Shown piece after piece: positions 39,956-49,292 of a stretch of DNA of 64,000 bases (within the stretch, counting starts at the first letter, position 1; each line of letters begins with the position of its first letter). The DNA is from an uncultured Planctomycetaceae bacterium (GTDB lineage Bacteria; Planctomycetota; Planctomycetia; Planctomycetales; Planctomycetaceae). Both the position numbers and the translations under genes were made by a program. Under the pieces are notes generated by a model. The model made no database searches. It was not told where the DNA came from and was given only the letters and a program-made list of their open reading frames with translations. The stretch covers positions 9,461 through 73,460 of the forward strand of contig CAXBME010000036.1 in the NCBI GenBank assembly GCA_963976765.1, in the 5' to 3' direction.

Positions 39956-41071
39956 ATGGGGAATATCGAGATGGTAAGAATCGGAATCATCGGGATCGGG
40001 TTCATGGGCATGACGCATTTCGAAGGTGCCAATCGGTTCAAGGATGATCCGAAATCCGGAAGGCGGCGCATTGCCGGGTCAAAGCTGAAGAATGGCAAAG
40101 TTACGGCCATCGCGACCAGAAATTCGAAAAAGCTCGACGGAGACTGGCGGTCAATTCAGGGAAATTTCGGTCCTCCGGGCGCGTTGAATGACCTGTCAGG
40201 GATCAAGACTTATTCAGACTACCACGATCTCCTGGCGGACCCGGACATTGACTTGATCGACATTTGCCTGCCGGTCGAGCAGCACGAGCAGGTCGCCCTG
40301 GAAGCAATTAAAGCCGGCAAGAATGTGATTGTCGAAAAGCCGATCTCGGTCGATTTGAAAGCTGCGAATCGGATGGTTACCGCCGCGGAGAAGGCCAACG
40401 TGCAGTTGATGGTGGCCCACGTTCTGCCATTCTTTCCTGAGTTTGAATTTGCTCTGTCGACGGTTGCCAGCGGCAAGTACGGAAAACTGCGGGCTGCCCA
40501 TTTCCGACGTGTAATCGCTCCGCCGGCCTGGTCATCGAGTCTTTCTGACTTTCGAAATGCTGGTGGCTGGGGTGTCGATCTTCACATTCACGACAACCAT
40601 TTAATCAGCACGCTATGCGGAGTTCCCAAACAGGTTTTTTCACAGGGGACTTTGATCGAAGGGTTCGTGAACCATGTCCATTCAAATTATGTCTACGACG
40701 ACCCTGACCTGGCTGTTTCGTGTGTGAGTGGCGGAATCGCGGCTCAGGGGCTTGCGTTTGCTCACGGTTTCGAGCTGTTTCTGGAAGAGGCAACGATCGC
40801 GTTCAGTGCCGGGACGTACGATGGCGAATGGAAAGTCGACCGCGAACTGACCCTCATGACAAACAAGGGCCGGAAGGTCGCAACGCCAAAACTTAAAGGC
40901 GGCAGCGAGTGGTGCTCGGCGTTCACTGCTGAGCTTCAGGCTGCGGTCGATGGAGTGGCCGCCGGGAAAGCTCCGGAAACCTTGTCGGGGGCGATGGCTC
41001 GCGATGCGTTGAAACTTTGCTATGCCGAAGCAAAGAGCATCTCGTCCGGGCGTCTTGTCAAAGTCAGTTAG
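39956..41071 (+). CDS. Gfo/Idh/MocA-family oxidoreductase (cytoplasmic)
   Basis: The Rossmann N-terminus is VRIGIIGIGFMGMTH, with EKP in VIVEKPISV. The start is ATG 39956 or 39971. Confidence 0.85.
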   Translation: MGNIEMVRIGIIGIGFMGMTHFEGANRFKDDPKSGRRRIAGSKLKNGKVTAIATRNSKKLDGDWRSIQGNFGPPGALNDLSGIKTYSDYHDLLADPDIDLIDICLPVEQHEQVALEAIKAGKNVIVEKPISVDLKAANRMVTAAEKANVQLMVAHVLPFFPEFEFALSTVASGKYGKLRAAHFRRVIAPPAWSSSLSDFRNAGGWGVDLHIHDNHLISTLCGVPKQVFSQGTLIEGFVNHVHSNYVYDDPDLAVSCVSGGIAAQGLAFAHGFELFLEEATIAFSAGTYDGEWKVDRELTLMTNKGRKVATPKLKGGSEWCSAFTAELQAAVDGVAAGKAPETLSGAMARDALKLCYAEAKSISSGRLVKVS

Positions 41072-41275
41072 TCAGCAGGGACGTTTTCTGACGTGTAAAT
41101 AGATGATTCACGCGAAGACGCAAGGCCGCGAAAGAATGACGAATGTTTGACCGTTGGCAAATGTTCCACCGACCCTTCGCGCCTGAACGGCTTCGCGTGA
41201 GGCCCGGCTGAATGCTGTTTCGAGAAACTGATTCCTGCTGAAGTTGTTTTGCCAGAGAATGGGCATCGAAGTTTC

Positions 41276-42115
41276 ATGGTCGAAAATCTTCCGGTTAAAA
41301 CGCACGAATTCAAAGGGCTGACGATCGAGGGCTACTCTCGGGCGGCCGTGCAGAGTTACTGGCGTATTCCCGAGCTGAAAGTCTGCTTCGATCTCGGCGG
41401 AAGCCCGTGGGATTTCACGGGGACGTCGACGATCTTCATCACGCACGGGCATCTCGACCACATGGCGGCGCTGCCGGCGTTTGTCGCTCGAAGGCGAATG
41501 ATGAAGATGGAGCCTCCGACGATTTATCTTCCTGAAGAAATCGTCGAGAACACGGACCGACTGCTGAAGGCGTGGCAGCGGCTCGATCGTGGCCGAATGC
41601 TTTGCGAACTCAAAGGCGTCAAAGACGGCGACGAGTTCGAGCTTTCCCGCGAGCACGTGGTGACCGTTTTCAGAACGAAACACACCGTTCCGTCGGTTGG
41701 GTATCAGGTGTGGGATCGTCGTCGAAAGCTGAAACCGGAACTGGTCGGCCTTCCGCAGAACGAGATTCGTGATCGCAAACTTGCTGGTGAGGATGTGACT
41801 GGTGAAGTGCGAGTTCCCCTGGTCTGTTACACCGGCGACACCTCGCCCGCCGGGCTGGACGGTTACGAGCCGTGTTTTGAATCACAGATTCTGATCACCG
41901 AGCTGACCTTTTTCCGGCCTGAGCATCGGAAGGAAAAGATCCACAAGTTCGGGCACATGCACCTCGACGATTTCCTTGAGCGGAAAGAAAAGTTCAAGAA
42001 CGAACTGATCATCGTCGGCCATCTGAGCACTCGGTATCACGATTATCAGCTTGAGAAAGCCGTCGCGAAACGAGTGCCGGATGAACTTCGCGAACGAATG
42101 ATGATCTGGGTGTAA
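41276..42115 (+). CDS. MBL-fold metallo-hydrolase (RNase Z/beta-lactamase-like)
   Basis: The HxHxDH motif is in [14 protein letters not shown]. Downstream His/Asp ligands are present (GDTSP, GHLS). Confidence 0.8.
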   Translation: MVENLPVKTHEFKGLTIEGYSRAAVQSYWRIPELKVCFDLGGSPWDFTGTSTIFITHGHLDHMAALPAFVARRRMMKMEPPTIYLPEEIVENTDRLLKAWQRLDRGRMLCELKGVKDGDEFELSREHVVTVFRTKHTVPSVGYQVWDRRRKLKPELVGLPQNEIRDRKLAGEDVTGEVRVPLVCYTGDTSPAGLDGYEPCFESQILITELTFFRPEHRKEKIHKFGHMHLDDFLERKEKFKNELIIVGHLSTRYHDYQLEKAVAKRVPDELRERMMIWV

Positions 42116-42205
42116 GGCTCGACAGCAATCAGAAAAGGAAATGATACGCTCACGACGGCTCTGCTCCATCAGAATTGGAATTCGCTCCGCTTTTACGACT
42201 CCACA

Positions 42206-42252
42206 GACTGTCGGCGTGTCGACACCACAATCCGTGACAGTCAGACTTTTTT
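42206..42252 (+). terminator. Terminator-like hairpin with T-tract after the MBL-fold gene
   Basis: GACTGTC ... GACAGTC form a 7-bp stem with a 23-nt loop, followed by AGACTTTTTTA. Confidence 0.5.
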
Positions 42253-42278
42253 AGTTGGCGACAACTGGCTGACAGTTG

Positions 42279-42297
42279 CTGATCGCTTCGCGATCAG
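42279..42297 (-). terminator. Tight hairpin downstream of the 42332-42901 gene
   Basis: The sequence is CTGATCGC-TTC-GCGATCAG, a perfect 8-bp stem with no clear U-tract. Confidence 0.35.
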
Positions 42298-42331
42298 AAC
42301 GTTGAATCGCGGAGCGATCCACAACTCTCTG

Positions 42332-42901
42332 TCACTTAGAGCCAGCCGTGTGCCAGAGCGAACCGCAGTCGGTAAAGCCGCGCAGCAACTCGGCGATTCT
42401 CGTCGTTGCGCACAACGCGTCGTTCAGAGCTTCCGACCAGGGGCCGTGACACGCCGCTTGCCAGGCAGCGACGGCCATCACAACAGCAGTGTCGCCGTCG
42501 TTAATGAGCGGATTGTCGGGAATGCTGTCGTAGTAGCTGCGGAACATCGTTGTCGGTGCGAAGAAGTTCCTCATTCCGACTCGATCAGCGAGTGCGGCCT
42601 GTAGTCTCAGACAGGCGTGCTCGTGGATTTTTTTCGACGGATCAAAGCTGTGCAGCCCCCAGTCCGGTTTCGTGATCGACTCCGGTCCTTCGATAAGCGC
42701 ATGGCAAGTTTCGTGAAGTACCATCTGAGCGAGGCAGTCATCTGGATCGAGTGTTTCCGAGGTGCCGATTGTCAGCACGCCGTTCCCGTTCCAGGAAGCG
42801 TTGACCTCAGCACTGCGAACAATCCGCATGCTCATCCGGCTGGCCGCGTGCGTCCAGATAATGTCCAGTGGATCCGAATAAACACGGCTGATCGATCGCA
42901 T
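42332..42901 (-). CDS. Hypothetical protein with an HExxH motif (putative zinc metallopeptidase-like)
   Basis: MVLHETCHALIEGPES contains HExxH. I recognise no other family signature and there is no signal peptide. The start is ATG 42901 (listed GTG 42937). Confidence 0.55.
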   Translation of the reverse strand: MRSISRVYSDPLDIIWTHAASRMSMRIVRSAEVNASWNGNGVLTIGTSETLDPDDCLAQMVLHETCHALIEGPESITKPDWGLHSFDPSKKIHEHACLRLQAALADRVGMRNFFAPTTMFRSYYDSIPDNPLINDGDTAVVMAVAAWQAACHGPWSEALNDALCATTRIAELLRGFTDCGSLWHTAGSK

Positions 42902-43304
42902 TTGAGAGTTGTCCAGACGGTGTGAGTCAGCACGCACGAGGAGAATTCACGCCTTCAGAAGATAGCGACCGTGTGCCTGGCTGTGCGAGGGTCGGCACGC
43001 TGCACGCGGGTCTCCGCCACAGCCAGAATGGTTGCGTCGCGGAGCGGCATGATGATTCATCGTGCGGGAACGACTGAAGTGAAAGCGTTTTTTATGCCAC
43101 GCTGAGGCCGCGGCATCCCGTGTCTGCGGCGCCCAACCACGAGTGGTTGGACCACGTTGCGGCACTGGCCTCTGGATTTTCAGGCCGAACAGTCTTCGAG
43201 TCTTTTTAAGACTTAGGCAAACATCGTTGTACTGATGAGATAGCGAGTTCCGAAAACAGGACAGGGATCTCGGATACGGACGTCCGCAGGGCCAGCGATT
43301 GCGG

Positions 43305-46300
43305 ATGGATCGGGGGAATGGGGAGACAGCGATGCTTGGGTCGCGGGCGTGGTGTCTGGAATCACTGAAGACGTCAGTTTTAAAACGAGGCTCTGCAGCG
43401 TCGGGCTCCCGTCAGCGTCGGCGACGCTCCGATTTTAAATCCGGCAGCGAGGCTCTCGAATCCCGCACTCTGCTGAGCGGCACTGGACTCACGGTACAGA
43501 CAGGCGACGACGGTCCGAACATCCTGATCGCGGCTCAGGGACCGTCGAATTCGGACATACTGACAGGACTCGGCGGCGACGACACGCTCGTCAGTGACGG
43601 CGGGCTCGACGAGCTGAGCGGTGGTGATGGCGACGATCGACTGGTCGTCGTCGCTGCTCCGTTTGGGAACACTCACGGTGGCCCGGGCAACGACGTGCTG
43701 GAATTCCGAATAGCCGGAAACTTCGACTTGACGAAACTTTCGACTGGGGACGTGCAGGGGATCGAGGTCATCGATCTGGCCGACACAAGACAGCTCGTGA
43801 AATCGACGCTGACGCTCAATCCGAACACTGTCAGCCGTCTCAATCCTGACACGCGGACACTCAGAATTCTTCGCACCCCGGACGACACGGTGACACTCGA
43901 AGGAGAGTGGCAACTGGTTGCGGCTGACTTTGCAGATGGTCGCTTCTTCGCTCAGTACACCGCCGAATCGGACACTGGCAGCGTTACTGTCGAGCTGGAG
44001 TCTTCGTGGCTGGCACATCTCGATGACGATGCTGGCTACCATATCAATGCGCCGGGGACCGACACGGGACAGTTTGGCTCTGAGGTGCAGTCGATCGGCG
44101 ACTGGAATCGAGACGGCATCGACGATTTCGCTATCGCCAGCCACACGTACGGCATGCCCGCCAGGGTTTACGTCGTGTTTGGAAGTGCCACTGACTTCGG
44201 AGGCCATCGAGACCTGAACAGCGGGCTTGATGGCACCAACGGGTTTCTCGTTCAGGGAGAGAGCCCCGCTCAGTTTTCCGGGCCGGAGATTGACGCCTCG
44301 CATGACGTGAACGGTGATGGCATTCCGGATCTGCAGTTCTTTTCCGAGATCTCAGCACCAGGCAACGTCGGAGAGCAGATCACGATCGTATATGGCCGTG
44401 CCGACGGGATGTACCCGGCAACTTTGTCTGCGACCGATTTTGATGGCACGGATGGGACGATCGTGACCGGCCCGGAAGGCTCTCAAACAAGTACGTTGAC
44501 GCGGTCGCTGTTCACGATCCCGGACATCAACGGAGACGGCATTGACGATCTGTACTCGGGCTCAATCCGTCATCGGTCGAGTACTTCAGCGTTTATTGCC
44601 TTCGGCAATGACGCAGGAATTGGTGACCGAGTGAGTATGGACGACCTGTTCTTGCTGCCTGGCGTCCGGCTTCAAAACTCGGGAGACAGCGGGCGGTTCT
44701 ACATCGAGGCGGTCGACGTAGCAGACACAAATGGCGACGGACTTCCGGATCTCATCGTGACTGGCACTGGTTACGACTTTGAGACGCAACCGTATGAACG
44801 TGGCCATGAAGTGCGCGTCGTGCTGGGACAGCAACCTGCCGAGTCCGGCGGATCGTTCTTTCCGGAAGTCGTCGATCTCGACGAACTGGATGGTTCCCGC
44901 GGATTCGTCATTCGTCCCGAAGTCAAGGAGAGCGTTCTGGACGGCTTTTATCAGCAGGAACTGTTCGCCGGCCCCGTCGTGATTCACGACGTGAATGGTG
45001 ACTCGGTCGACGACCTGCTGTTTGTGACCGGCGACAGTTTCGTCTGGTTCTACGGCAGCGATCAGCCGTTTGATTCCGTCGAATTGCTTAGTGTGGCGGA
45101 CACCATTGAGCTGGTTTCGGTCCAGGATTTAGTCCGATCCGGCGCGAATCTCGGCGCAGACTTCAACAGCGATGGGTTGCTCGACATTGCTACTTCCTAC
45201 AACGTTGGACTGACAATCCAGTCAGCAAGCCAAGGATTGACGCCGTATGACGCGCTGCTGGATCGCTGGAGCTTCCTCCCCGAACTGATTGAGCCGTTCG
45301 ATGGAGCGAATCCATCAGACAACCCGAATTTTGTCCGCACTGGCGTAGGTACCGAGTTGCCTTTTCCACTGAACGCTCGAAACAACAACAGCGGTGACTT
45401 CAACGGTGACGGCTTCGACGACCTGATTGTGTCCCAGTCGTCAAACGGGATCATTCAGCGTTACGACAACGGATCAAGAGTTGTGACTGTGGTGTTCGGC
45501 GGTCCGGATTTCGCCGGACTCGAGAACAGCGACGTCACCTATTCGATTGGGGATGAGGGTGATGATGAGTTGTTCGCGTCGGCAGGCAGTGATCGGGCGG
45601 ATGCTCTGATCGGGGCGCAGGGCGACGACACGCTCATCAGCGACGGCGGAGAAGATGTGCTTAAGGGAGCGGCTGGTGACGATCTGCTGCGGGTTATCGA
45701 TCATCAGTTCCGCGTGGCTGACGGCGGCGGCGGCTTCGACACACTGCAGATCATGCAGGCTGGCGTTGATCTGGATTTAACATCGCCGTCTGACCACCGG
45801 CTGCGGAATCTGGAAGTTCTCAGTCTCGTCAACAATGGTCCGAACACGCTGACGATCGACTCGTCAGCAGTCGTTCGGATGACGTCTTCCGAGAATCGGC
45901 TTCGGATCGATCGTGACTCCAGCGATGTGATTGAAATGGGCGACGGATGGACGAACGTCGGCATCTCAGTAGCTGGGGGGCAGCGTTTCGAGGTCTGGCA
46001 GAACGGCCCGGCAGTCGTCGATCTAGAGATACTGCCTCCGGAGTCTCCATTTCCGTCATTTGGAATCGTTTCGTTTGACGGGGGGGACGACGACTACGAT
46101 CAAGTTTTCACACTTTCTTTCGATCAGATAAACAGCGAGATGGTTCTGCAGATTACGGGTGGACCGTCGGGGCCACGTGAGGAGCGTGTTCACGCTGCGT
46201 TTACGCAGGACGGAATCCGGTTGGACATGGGTGGGGGTAATGATCGGCTTGTATTAGAAACAACGGGCTTCGATGTGACCGTTTCGGGTGGCGATGGCAA

Positions 46301-47726
46301 CGATTCTGTTGTGGTTTTCGGACGCGATGACGCAGACGAAATGCAGCTCAAATCAGCAGCTTCGATTGATCGTCCCGGCTCGCGTGACTGGCTTGATCTC
46401 TCGACCGTCTTCGACGACGTCGGTGAACGGGATTTTCTTCTGGCTGATGGTATCGAGGATGTTCAGTTTGAACTGCTCGGTGGTGACGACTTAGTGACGA
46501 TCGAATCGTTCGCTCGACACAACACCGAACTTGCCACATTGACGGTGAATCTGGGGAGCGGAAACGACCGGCTGGAAGCCACGGCATTCGACTTAGGTTT
46601 GACCGCTGACGGCGGCAGCGGCCACGACATCCTGGTAACCGGGGCGGGCGACGATTCGATCTCTGGCGGAACGGGTCGCGACACGGTCAACGCGGGAGCT
46701 GGTAACGATTTGCTTTATGGGAAATCCCAGGACGACTCGCTGAACGGTGAAGCGGGGGATGACACGCTTGTCGGCGACAGCGGAAACGATCATCTGAACG
46801 GTGGCGTCGGGGACGATTCCATCCTCGGGTTGAACGGCGACGACGAGATCCACGGTCACGACGGAGACGACATCGTCAACACAGGAAATGGAGCCGACTC
46901 GGTCTACGGTGGTGACGGTGCCGACTGGATGATCGGGCATGTGGCGAGTCATGACTGGTTTGACGGCGGCGAGGGCAACGACACGATCGGCGGACTCGGT
47001 GGGCACGACACGCTGAACGGCAGCGGCGGCAATGATTCGCTGCTGGGTGCGTCCGGCCACGACTGGCTCGACGGCGGAGACGGCGACGATCTGCTCTTTG
47101 GCGATCTGGGAGACTCGGCAGCGGTCAACAAAGGCAATGACACGCTCTATGGCGGCGCCGGGAATGACGACCTCGCCGGTGGACGTCTTGCTGATGAACT
47201 GCACGGTGGTGACGGCGACGACACGCTGCGAGGTGACAACGATAACGACGTCCTCTACGGAGACGGCGGCCGCGATATGTTGATGGGGTTAAACGGCGAC
47301 GATGTCATCTACGGCGGCGACGGCGACGACACGTTGAAGGGCGGCAAAAATCAGGACACACTTTACGGAGACGCCGGACACGATTTCCTGGAAGGACATT
47401 CGCGAGGCAACGAGGAGCTGAACGGTGGCGAAGGCAACGACACGCTGCGAGGTCTCGGCGGCAATGATACGCTTCGCGGCGACGATGGGGACGATTCGTT
47501 GGAAGGACACGCAGGCAACGATGTCATTGACGGAGGGACCGGCGATGACATGCTCGACGCTGGCAGCGATGACGACACGCTGACCGGCGGCTCAGGCCGA
47601 GACACGATGATGGGTGGGACGGGGATCGATCGATTCTTTGCTGATGACGGTGAAATCGACATTCTGGAGGACATGCTGGACGAGGACTCGCTCAGTTTGA
47701 GAGACGACAGCGACACCGTTTCGTGA
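43305..47726 (+). CDS. Giant extracellular FG-GAP/VCBS-repeat and RTX (hemolysin-type calcium-binding) repeat protein
   Basis: The N-terminus has an RRRR...ALESRTLLSG motif. FG-GAP-like repeats are present (DWNRDGIDDFAI, DVNGDGIPDL, DINGDGIDDL, DTNGDGLPDL, DVNGDSVDDL, DFNSDGLLDI, DFNGDGFDDL). There are two copies of a GGDDTL.SDGG-led module. The C-terminal ~340 aa consist of GGxGxDxL nonapeptide repeats. The start is ATG 43305 or 43332. Confidence 0.9.
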   Translation: MDRGNGETAMLGSRAWCLESLKTSVLKRGSAASGSRQRRRRSDFKSGSEALESRTLLSGTGLTVQTGDDGPNILIAAQGPSNSDILTGLGGDDTLVSDGGLDELSGGDGDDRLVVVAAPFGNTHGGPGNDVLEFRIAGNFDLTKLSTGDVQGIEVIDLADTRQLVKSTLTLNPNTVSRLNPDTRTLRILRTPDDTVTLEGEWQLVAADFADGRFFAQYTAESDTGSVTVELESSWLAHLDDDAGYHINAPGTDTGQFGSEVQSIGDWNRDGIDDFAIASHTYGMPARVYVVFGSATDFGGHRDLNSGLDGTNGFLVQGESPAQFSGPEIDASHDVNGDGIPDLQFFSEISAPGNVGEQITIVYGRADGMYPATLSATDFDGTDGTIVTGPEGSQTSTLTRSLFTIPDINGDGIDDLYSGSIRHRSSTSAFIAFGNDAGIGDRVSMDDLFLLPGVRLQNSGDSGRFYIEAVDVADTNGDGLPDLIVTGTGYDFETQPYERGHEVRVVLGQQPAESGGSFFPEVVDLDELDGSRGFVIRPEVKESVLDGFYQQELFAGPVVIHDVNGDSVDDLLFVTGDSFVWFYGSDQPFDSVELLSVADTIELVSVQDLVRSGANLGADFNSDGLLDIATSYNVGLTIQSASQGLTPYDALLDRWSFLPELIEPFDGANPSDNPNFVRTGVGTELPFPLNARNNNSGDFNGDGFDDLIVSQSSNGIIQRYDNGSRVVTVVFGGPDFAGLENSDVTYSIGDEGDDELFASAGSDRADALIGAQGDDTLISDGGEDVLKGAAGDDLLRVIDHQFRVADGGGGFDTLQIMQAGVDLDLTSPSDHRLRNLEVLSLVNNGPNTLTIDSSAVVRMTSSENRLRIDRDSSDVIEMGDGWTNVGISVAGGQRFEVWQNGPAVVDLEILPPESPFPSFGIVSFDGGDDDYDQVFTLSFDQINSEMVLQITGGPSGPREERVHAAFTQDGIRLDMGGGNDRLVLETTGFDVTVSGGDGNDSVVVFGRDDADEMQLKSAASIDRPGSRDWLDLSTVFDDVGERDFLLADGIEDVQFELLGGDDLVTIESFARHNTELATLTVNLGSGNDRLEATAFDLGLTADGGSGHDILVTGAGDDSISGGTGRDTVNAGAGNDLLYGKSQDDSLNGEAGDDTLVGDSGNDHLNGGVGDDSILGLNGDDEIHGHDGDDIVNTGNGADSVYGGDGADWMIGHVASHDWFDGGEGNDTIGGLGGHDTLNGSGGNDSLLGASGHDWLDGGDGDDLLFGDLGDSAAVNKGNDTLYGGAGNDDLAGGRLADELHGGDGDDTLRGDNDNDVLYGDGGRDMLMGLNGDDVIYGGDGDDTLKGGKNQDTLYGDAGHDFLEGHSRGNEELNGGEGNDTLRGLGGNDTLRGDDGDDSLEGHAGNDVIDGGTGDDMLDAGSDDDTLTGGSGRDTMMGGTGIDRFFADDGEIDILEDMLDEDSLSLRDDSDTVS
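46608..47640 (+). repeat. RTX nonapeptide (GGxGxDxLx) tandem repeat block inside the giant gene
   Basis: There are dozens of consecutive repeats, for example GGSGHDILVTGAGDDSISGGTGRDTVNAGAGNDLLYG ... GGSGRDTMMGGTGIDRF. The recurring DNA words are GGCGACGACACGCT and GGCAACGA. Confidence 0.85.
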
Positions 47727-47823
47727 ACGGAGACAGCGGTCGATGATCACGGAGGGAGCAGGATGAAGTTTTAAAACCGGTTCTTCGAGGAGCTGCGTAA
47801 ATGGATGGAAATCCGGCTACCGA

Positions 47824-48006
47824 TTAGTTGACATCACAGGGCTGAACTGCGTCTTGAATTGGATCAGGGCTGAGAAGTTCAGGGAGATCACTGCCAGCCA
47901 GCAGGTGCTTGAACTGGTGGGTGTCAAAGACGCGATCGTCAACATGGCAAATCGAGTCGTTCATTCGGGATTCAGGTTGGTCGTGGCGGAGCTTGAAGCG
48001 GCTCAT
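47824..48006 (-). CDS. Candidate small ORF (60 aa, acidic), unverified
   Basis: It has an ATG start 44 nt downstream of the PLP-enzyme stop on the same strand. Codon choice is genome-like (ttc, aag, ctc, cgc, cac, gac). The overlapping + strand ORF uses several rare AGG codons. I recognise no family. Confidence 0.25.
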   Translation of the reverse strand: MSRFKLRHDQPESRMNDSICHVDDRVFDTHQFKHLLAGSDLPELLSPDPIQDAVQPCDVN

Positions 48007-48049
48007 TACACGTTACACGTTCAGAAAAACGCGTCGACGCGATGGTGCG

Positions 48050-49255
48050 TCAGGACGGCAGCCAGCTCTCAGAACCAGAGAGCTGGTCGAGTGCTCGATT
48101 CAGTTCGGCGATCACATCCTGCACGGCGTCGATTCCGACTGAAAGCCGCACAAGGCCGTCGGAGATGCCCCACGCTCGTCGATCGCCAGCTTCCATGAAC
48201 TTGTGAGACGTGCCGGCCGGCCAGGAGATCGTTGTTCGAACGTCTGCCAGCGTGGGCGAAAACGGAATGGAATCCGCAAGTTCTCGCAGCAGCGTTCGTA
48301 CGCCAGCTTCTTCTGCATGAAGCTCGAAAGACAGCATCCCGCCGCAGCCGTCGGGCAGCAACCGGCTCGCCAGTTCGAAGTCCTGATGACTCGGGAGTCC
48401 CGGATAAACCACGCGGCTGACCGCTGAGTGTTGCTCCAGGAACTCGGCCACCGCGAGTGCGTTTGAACTGGCTCGTTCGATTCGCAGTGGCAGCGTTCTT
48501 AGACCTCGCGACGCGAGCCAGCATTCGAACGGGTTTGCGTTCAGCCCGTAAAGACTGGCAACTCGTCTGACGCGAGTCACCGCTGCGCGTTCTCCGGCAA
48601 CAACGCCCAGCATGACATCGCCGTGCCCGTTGAGGTATTTCGAGGCACTGTGAAATACGAGCTTCGCGCCGTGCTCGAACGGTCGGAACAGGCACGGCGT
48701 GGCGAATGTGTTGTCGACTACGACCGGCACATTGCCCATCGCGTCGACAAGAGCCGGCAGATCGACGACTTCCATCAGCGGGTTGGAGATGCTCTCGACC
48801 AGGCACAGCTTTGTGTTTTCTTTGACTGCCGAACTCATTTCGTCGGTGATTCGGGAATCGGCAAAGGTTACTTCGATACCGAACCGTTTCGACAGTTCTT
48901 CGAGCTGCTGCGACGTCCGACCGTAGAGCACTCGTGCGGCGACGACATGGTCGCCACTTTTGAGATGGCTCAACAGAATTGCGGAAACTGCAGCCATACC
49001 CGAAGCACAAACGGCGCCGGCATTGGCGTGCTCAAGTTTCGCGACATCCTGCGCAAAAGCGGAGTGATTCGGATTTCCGTCGCGGGTGTAGATGAAGCCT
49101 TGTTCGGTACCGCTGACGACTGCTTCGAGTTGCTCGACACCGTGCAGGTCGAAGGCTGTTGTTTGATAAATGGGCGGGTTGCTCGGGCGAGTCGTAAAGT
49201 CTTCGCTCCAGCCACCTCGAGCGCACAATGATTCGTCAGAAAATCGCTCGTCCAT
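48050..49255 (-). CDS. Cys/Met-metabolism PLP-dependent enzyme (cystathionine gamma-synthase / methionine gamma-lyase / O-acylhomoserine sulfhydrylase family)
   Basis: The PLP-Lys context is FHSASKYLNGHGDVMLG, with NPLMEVVDLPAL and a C-terminal LVRLSVGIDAVQDVIAEL. The start is ATG 49255. Confidence 0.88.
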   Translation of the reverse strand: MDERFSDESLCARGGWSEDFTTRPSNPPIYQTTAFDLHGVEQLEAVVSGTEQGFIYTRDGNPNHSAFAQDVAKLEHANAGAVCASGMAAVSAILLSHLKSGDHVVAARVLYGRTSQQLEELSKRFGIEVTFADSRITDEMSSAVKENTKLCLVESISNPLMEVVDLPALVDAMGNVPVVVDNTFATPCLFRPFEHGAKLVFHSASKYLNGHGDVMLGVVAGERAAVTRVRRVASLYGLNANPFECWLASRGLRTLPLRIERASSNALAVAEFLEQHSAVSRVVYPGLPSHQDFELASRLLPDGCGGMLSFELHAEEAGVRTLLRELADSIPFSPTLADVRTTISWPAGTSHKFMEAGDRRAWGISDGLVRLSVGIDAVQDVIAELNRALDQLSGSESWLPS

Positions 49256-49292
49256 GACGATCCTTCTTTGATCGCGTCGCAAAAATGTCGGT

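Noticed and set aside
43232-43256. Hammerhead-like CUGAUGA...GAAA core in the spacer upstream of the giant gene.
   Set aside because: The segment between the two conserved boxes can form only about 2 bp of stem II, and no stem I or III partners are present. It is a chance occurrence of short words.
46608-47640. Regularly spaced DNA repeats that might be mistaken for a CRISPR-like array. The same applies to 59304-59456.
   Set aside because: The period is 27 nt or less, the repeats are in frame and imperfect, and they encode RTX nonapeptides or Gly tracts. There are no unique spacers and no cas genes.
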